A DNA stretch of 64,000 nt, taken from contig CALXXW010000004.1 of the NCBI GenBank assembly GCA_944392785.1, positions 247-64,246 on the forward strand, given 5' to 3'. The notes under the pieces were generated by a model. It saw only the letters and a program-made list of their open reading frames with translations. It was not told where the DNA came from and ran no database searches. The stretch comes from an uncultured Alphaproteobacteria bacterium. GTDB taxonomy: Bacteria > Pseudomonadota > Alphaproteobacteria > CAAHEQ01 > UBA3637. A program made the position numbers and the translations under genes. Below, in pieces: positions 59,527 through 64,000 of the stretch; the first letter of the stretch is position 1, and the number at the start of each line of letters is the position of its first letter.

Positions 59527-60633
59527 CTAAGACCTCCGTTTGTCAAACGTAATGCGAGGATCAACCAGTGTATAAATAAAGTCACTGATTAAATTCAGAA
59601 CAAGCCCTAATAGGGCAAATAGATACAGCGTGCCAAAAACGACGGGATAGTCACGGTTTTGAACGGCTTCAAATCCCAATAATCCCAAGCCGTCCAGAGA
59701 AAAAATAACCTCTATCAAGACAGATCCGGTAAATAACATACTGACAAGCATGGCCGGAAAGCCGGCAATCACAATTAACATAGCGTTTCTAAAAATATGG
59801 TGATATAAGATTGCTTTTGGTCCCAAACCTTTGGCTTTTGCCGTGCGGACATAGGCTTTGCCCAGTTCATCCAAAAAGGCATTTTTTGTCAAGAATGAAA
59901 GACCGGCCAGCCCTCCGACTGTCATAGAGATAACAGGCAAGACAATATGCCATAAATAGTCCCCGATTTTTCCCATCCCAGAAAGCTCCGTCCAGTTGTC
60001 TGATGTCAAACCACGTAGCGGAAACCAACTAAAATAACGTCCTCCGGCGAAAACAATAATGAGGAAAATCGCCAATAAGAACGAAGGAATGGCATAGGAA
60101 ACCGTCAAGAGCCAACTGGTCGTTTTATCAAAACGCGAACCGGCTGTCACCGCTTTTTTGATACCCAGAGGAATAGAAATGAGGTAAATTAAAAGAGTCG
60201 AAAAAACACCTAGAGAAATAGATACCGGCATTTTTTCACGAACTAGTTGTAAAACCGTTTTATCTTGATAAAAACTTTTACCAAAATCAAATAGTACATA
60301 ATTTTTTATCATCATCAGAAAACGTGTTAAAGGTGGTTTATCAAATCCGAATTGTTTTTCCAGTTCCTGTCGTAATTCTTGTTGTAATCCTTGGGCCCCG
60401 CGGTATTTTGTCATGTGTCCCGTTTGGGCGGTCGAACCGCCTTCCATCATGCCGGCAGCCGCTCCCGAAAGGCGCATGGTGGCATTATTGATGTTGCCGC
60501 TTTCTAGTTTTATCATCATCTGCTCGACCGGACCACCGGGTGCCAGCTGGACGAACAAAAAATTCAAACTCATAATCCCGAAAAGTGTAATCGGTATTAA
60601 CAACAGGCGCTTGATAAAATACGCTTTATTCAT
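59527..60633 (-). CDS. ABC transporter permease (YejB/OppB-like)
   Basis: 368 aa. N-terminal MNKAYFIKRLLLIPITLFGIMSLNFLFVQLAPGGP is typical of the OppB/DppB family. Confidence 0.7.
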   Translation of the reverse strand: MNKAYFIKRLLLIPITLFGIMSLNFLFVQLAPGGPVEQMMIKLESGNINNATMRLSGAAAGMMEGGSTAQTGHMTKYRGAQGLQQELRQELEKQFGFDKPPLTRFLMMIKNYVLFDFGKSFYQDKTVLQLVREKMPVSISLGVFSTLLIYLISIPLGIKKAVTAGSRFDKTTSWLLTVSYAIPSFLLAIFLIIVFAGGRYFSWFPLRGLTSDNWTELSGMGKIGDYLWHIVLPVISMTVGGLAGLSFLTKNAFLDELGKAYVRTAKAKGLGPKAILYHHIFRNAMLIVIAGFPAMLVSMLFTGSVLIEVIFSLDGLGLLGFEAVQNRDYPVVFGTLYLFALLGLVLNLISDFIYTLVDPRITFDKRRS

Positions 60634-61328
60634 TTGTGGTTTAAGGCTTTTTTCAGAGAACTCGACACCTCTATCGGTTGTTTTTCTTGTGTCGATTTTG
60701 TTTTAAAGAACGGTTTTAGAAAAGCAGGAGAAACCGGAGCCGTCCAAAATGAGACGCTCACCTCGCTAATACCTAGCTCCTGACAAATGCCCAGTCGGTG
60801 GTGTCCCTGCAGTAGTTGATCCTGGACACCTCCGTGTCGATTGAGTAAGATAAGCATGGGTTGATTTCGATCATATCCGTTTTTAAGAGAACGATATAGT
60901 GATTTATAGCGCTTTTGGGCACTATTTTGTGAAATACGCCAACGCTTGTTTGTCCATTGATAGGCGTTTTCTTGGGTTCGAATACCCCGAGCAAGCTTTT
61001 TATCCACAATTTCCGAAAGAGGGATACGATATATTCCCTGAAAAGCATGATAAAATCTTTTTTTGATTGGTTTAATCAGATTGATAAAAAATCCCATAGC
61101 AAGGGGAAAGCTATAATAGGCGAATCGAACAGGGATATATTTTTGCTGTTCCTTTAGGGCGCGTCTCAATGGAACCAAGCCGGCATAAAGGGTTTCTTGG
61201 CCTGTTCGTTCATCCAATAAGACGATCACTTCTTTGCCACTTTTGTGATGGGCGTTTAAGGGTAAAGAGCCAATATCATGCGTTCGGATTAAATATGTTT
61301 CAGATGAGTAAACCAGTTTTTTCTTCAT
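60630..61328 (-). CDS. Hypothetical protein with C-terminal ParB/sulfiredoxin-like (ParBc) motif
   Basis: 232 aa. C-terminal ...LLNRHGGVQDQLLQGHHRLGICQELGI resembles the DGHHR...LG core of ParB-like nuclease domains. Confidence 0.35.
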   Translation of the reverse strand: MKKKLVYSSETYLIRTHDIGSLPLNAHHKSGKEVIVLLDERTGQETLYAGLVPLRRALKEQQKYIPVRFAYYSFPLAMGFFINLIKPIKKRFYHAFQGIYRIPLSEIVDKKLARGIRTQENAYQWTNKRWRISQNSAQKRYKSLYRSLKNGYDRNQPMLILLNRHGGVQDQLLQGHHRLGICQELGISEVSVSFWTAPVSPAFLKPFFKTKSTQEKQPIEVSSSLKKALNHK

Positions 61329-62263
61329 TATTCCCCCTTGACCTTCAATACAGAGGCTTGTCCGATAATGGCAGCCATGTTATCCAAGCGAGGGCGAGAA
61401 GGCATCGGATGGTATAATTTTGTTCCCAAATAAACAAAAAATGCCGATGTTAAATAGGGAGCTTTTCTGGTTTTTCGGGTATATTTCCAAAAATCGGAAA
61501 CAGCTTTGGCATACAGTGTCTTTTGGATATCGGCAGCCAATTCGGGATGATCTGTTAAAAAGTAATAGTGTGCCAAAAAACGATCATGATCCAGTTGAAT
61601 TTTAACGCCGGATAAATTACCATTTTCTCGAGGCACTAAAACGACATCGGCTGCCATCTTGATAATTCCGTCGGCCAATAAAGCCGCCCGTAAAGGAATG
61701 GTTTCATCTTGAATGAAGACACGTTCGTCGGCTCCATGAGCGGCTTGCAACACTTGCCGCTTAATTAGTTGCCCCATTCGGGTGAAGCGTCCGGCCAAAA
61801 CGGCGCGTAAAGCATCTTTATGATAGGTATAAGGAATATCTGTCGGCATATAACAATGAGTCAAAGCTTCGGGTTCTTTTCCCGTTTTTATAAAGGTCCC
61901 ATAAACCATATCCGCCGCATGTTTTTTGGCTAATTTCATCATTTGCTCTGTTGAATCCAGCGGGAAAATATCATCCGAGTCCAACATGCGTATATACGTT
62001 CCTTTGGCTAATTGAATGCCCTGGTTAATTCGCACGCTGATGCCGCGGTTATGTGTGTTTTGGATGATATGTACATGTGGTAAGCCCCGTGTCATTTCTT
62101 CAATAATTTGGACGGAACGATCACAGGAACAATCATCTACAAAAATATACTCGCGTGTAAAGCTGCCCGTTTGATTTAAAAGAGCCTTCAGGACAGAAGG
62201 CAAATAGGCTTCTTTATTATACACGGTCATGACATATGATACGTCGATTTGACTCATTTTCAC
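61328..62263 (-). CDS. Family 2 glycosyltransferase
   Basis: VSYVMTVYNKEAYLPSVLKALLNQT....EYIFVDDCSCD plus a DSDD motif. GT-A fold. Confidence 0.65.
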   Translation of the reverse strand: MKMSQIDVSYVMTVYNKEAYLPSVLKALLNQTGSFTREYIFVDDCSCDRSVQIIEEMTRGLPHVHIIQNTHNRGISVRINQGIQLAKGTYIRMLDSDDIFPLDSTEQMMKLAKKHAADMVYGTFIKTGKEPEALTHCYMPTDIPYTYHKDALRAVLAGRFTRMGQLIKRQVLQAAHGADERVFIQDETIPLRAALLADGIIKMAADVVLVPRENGNLSGVKIQLDHDRFLAHYYFLTDHPELAADIQKTLYAKAVSDFWKYTRKTRKAPYLTSAFFVYLGTKLYHPMPSRPRLDNMAAIIGQASVLKVKGE

Positions 62264-62319
62264 TCCATTCTGTTAATAGGTTGTATGTAGCAGAATTTAA
62301 TTCGAAAATCAAGTATTTT

Positions 62320-63378
62320 TTATGAGGCCAGCTCGGCCCACTGTACCTCCCGGATATCGGCGGCGTTTCCTAGCAGCATGATCAGCCTGTCAACCCCCAG
62401 CGCATTTCCGGCCGCTTCGGGCATACCAAAATTCAGAGCATCCATAAAATCTTCATCCAACGGATAGCGTTCGCCGTAAAGTTTTTCTTTCATATTCATA
62501 TCTGCTTCGAATCGGCGGCGTTGCTCCTGAGGATCGGTTAATTCTGAGAAAGCATTGCAAAGCTCTATACCGCAAGCATACGCTTCAAAGCGTTCGACAA
62601 CTTTGGGATTACCGGGCTTCTGTCGAGCCAGAGCTCCAAGACATGTCGGATATTCATATAAAATGACGGGGACACCATCACCTAAATTGTCTTCGATTTT
62701 ATTTAACATGATTCGGAAAAAAACATCTTCCCATCGGTCTGTTTGACTGCAGCGGATACCTCTTTTTTCAGCGGCGACTTTTAGTTTTTCCGGATCCGGT
62801 TCGCATTTGGGATTTTCCGGCAGCGTTGCCATCAAGTCAATATCGGCATATTGTTGGAAGGCTTCGGCTACGGTCAAGCGTCGCCAAGGTTGAAAGGGAT
62901 CGGCCTCTCGTCCATTGTGCCGCAAAAGAGAGACCTGAGCCGCCGTGGCGCAAGCCCGAACCAAAGCTTCGGTATCGGCCATGATACTTTCATAGGTTTC
63001 CCGAGCACGATACCATTCTAACAAAGTGAATTCAGGATAGTGTGTCGGAGAAACGACTTCATTACGATAGACTTTAGCCAGTTGGAAAATGCGTGGCAAA
63101 CCGGCTACCAGTAATTTTTTCATGGTGAACTCGGGCGAGGTATGAAGAAGATAGCGCTTTGTCGTATCCGTCAACGGATCATGCAAAAAGGTTTCAAAGG
63201 CCTTAAGATGGACCTCCAACCCGGGTGAAATCTGCAGAGCCGGTGTATCTACTTCATCAAAGGAGCGAGCGGCAAAAAAATCGCGTATGGTTTTAAAAAC
63301 CTGAGCACGCAAACGCCGATGGGGCATATTTTTTAAATAGACTTCCGGTTGCCACCATTTTTGAGATGTCTGTATCAT
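62320..63378 (-). CDS. epmA: EF-P lysine34 lysyltransferase (PoxA/GenX, truncated class II LysRS paralog)
   Basis: Start set to MIQTSQKWWQPEV... Class II aaRS motifs (FELCNAFSELTDPQEQ..., GVDRLIMLL) are present. There is no anticodon-binding domain. Confidence 0.75.
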   Translation of the reverse strand: MIQTSQKWWQPEVYLKNMPHRRLRAQVFKTIRDFFAARSFDEVDTPALQISPGLEVHLKAFETFLHDPLTDTTKRYLLHTSPEFTMKKLLVAGLPRIFQLAKVYRNEVVSPTHYPEFTLLEWYRARETYESIMADTEALVRACATAAQVSLLRHNGREADPFQPWRRLTVAEAFQQYADIDLMATLPENPKCEPDPEKLKVAAEKRGIRCSQTDRWEDVFFRIMLNKIEDNLGDGVPVILYEYPTCLGALARQKPGNPKVVERFEAYACGIELCNAFSELTDPQEQRRRFEADMNMKEKLYGERYPLDEDFMDALNFGMPEAAGNALGVDRLIMLLGNAADIREVQWAELAS

Positions 63379-63447
63379 TGTTGCTTGCCTTTCTTGAAAA
63401 ACTATGCTATCATAGCACATCTTTTAACAAAAATATAGAGGTATTTT

Positions 63448-64000
63448 ATGAAACAACAAGCAAATCAAATTCGTCCGGGCTGGGTTATTGAACATAACGG
63501 TAAGCAATATATTGTCACAAAAATCAATCTTATTCAACCTGGGAAAGGGGGCGCCTTTATTCAGGTAGAGATGCGTGGTGTAGAAAATGGTGTTAAAACA
63601 CAAGAACGTTGGCGTACGGCCGATACGGTTGAAAAATTGATGAGCGAAGAGCTGGATTGCCAATATCTATATAGAGAAGGGGAGACTCTTGTTTTTATGA
63701 ATACCGAAAATTATGATCAGTTTGAAATTCCGGCCGATTTGATGGGAGAGGCGGCAGCATTCTTACAAGACAATATGGAGGTGACGGTCAACTTTATTGA
63801 AGGAAAGCCCTTATCGGTTAATTTGCCGCCGCATGTTGTTTTGACGGTTGCGGAAACGGAACCGGCTTTGAAAAATCAAACGGTGACATCTTCTTATAAA
63901 CCGGCTGTTTTGGAAAATGGTGTGCGGACAACGATACCTCCTTTTATTAACGCCGGTGAAAAAATCGTTGTATCAACGGCTGATGCCTCTTATGTTGAGC
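63448..64000 (+). CDS. efp: Elongation factor P (3' end beyond window)
   Basis: MKQQANQIRPGWVIEHNGKQYIVTKINLIQPGKGGAFIQVEMRGV... with the conserved KPGKG loop (Lys target of EpmA). It has no stop in the window, so it is absent from the ORF track. Confidence 0.85.
   Translation, partial: MKQQANQIRPGWVIEHNGKQYIVTKINLIQPGKGGAFIQVEMRGVENGVKTQERWRTADTVEKLMSEELDCQYLYREGETLVFMNTENYDQFEIPADLMGEAAAFLQDNMEVTVNFIEGKPLSVNLPPHVVLTVAETEPALKNQTVTSSYKPAVLENGVRTTIPPFINAGEKIVVSTADASYVE

Overview
This 64-kb window reads as chromosomal DNA from a moderately AT-rich Gram-negative bacterium. The gene content and order point to an alphaproteobacterium, possibly from an intracellular or host-associated lineage. The evidence is: a minus-strand ruvA-ruvB-ybgC-tolQ-tolR-tolA-like block; a eukaryote-like type-2 isoleucyl-tRNA synthetase whose protein closely resembles Rickettsia IleRS; an ileS-gltX-tpiA-secG-eno block; a dnaA-hsp20 block; and a ChvG/ChvI-like two-component pair. 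This taxonomic call is inference, not a computed result.

Most of the window is housekeeping. This includes tRNA-Arg(ACG), tRNA-His(GTG, with encoded G-1), tRNA-Leu(GAG), rpmJ, lnt, frr, uppS, sodB, galE, rpsB-tsf, dnaB, epmA/efp and a two-ATPase-domain ABC importer with its two permeases.

The main non-housekeeping feature is a six-to-seven gene plus-strand cluster (about 25.1-34.6 kb) inserted between eno and frr. It encodes:
- a lipoprotein with a TcpQ/PilL-like C-terminal domain
- a lipoprotein secretin
- a bitopic inner-membrane protein
- a periplasmic coiled-coil protein
- a GspE/PilB-family ATPase with CxxC...CxxC and a long disordered N-terminus
- a GspF/PilC-family platform protein

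The order and sizes resemble the pilL-N-O-P-Q-R core of the R64-type thin-pilus (type IVb) family. There is no type IV prepilin, prepilin peptidase or retraction ATPase in the window. Instead, an orphan TrbC/VirB2-type (type IV secretion) pilin gene sits divergently just upstream.

A second accessory-looking block (about 8.1-16.9 kb) carries:
- a tandem-repeat coiled-coil protein behind a consensus sigma70 promoter
- a porin-like outer-membrane beta-barrel protein
- an aryl-sulfate sulfotransferase (ASST)-like periplasmic protein
- a small exported protein
- a hypothetical protein
- a subtilisin-family autotransporter

Other points: a glycine-zipper (17-kDa-antigen-like) small gene interrupted by an in-frame TGA; tandem SHOCT-TM2 paralogs; an APH/P-loop kinase fusion; three glycosyltransferases (GT2 x2, GT92-like); and a ParB/Srx-like domain protein. 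No CRISPR, transposase or integrase was seen.
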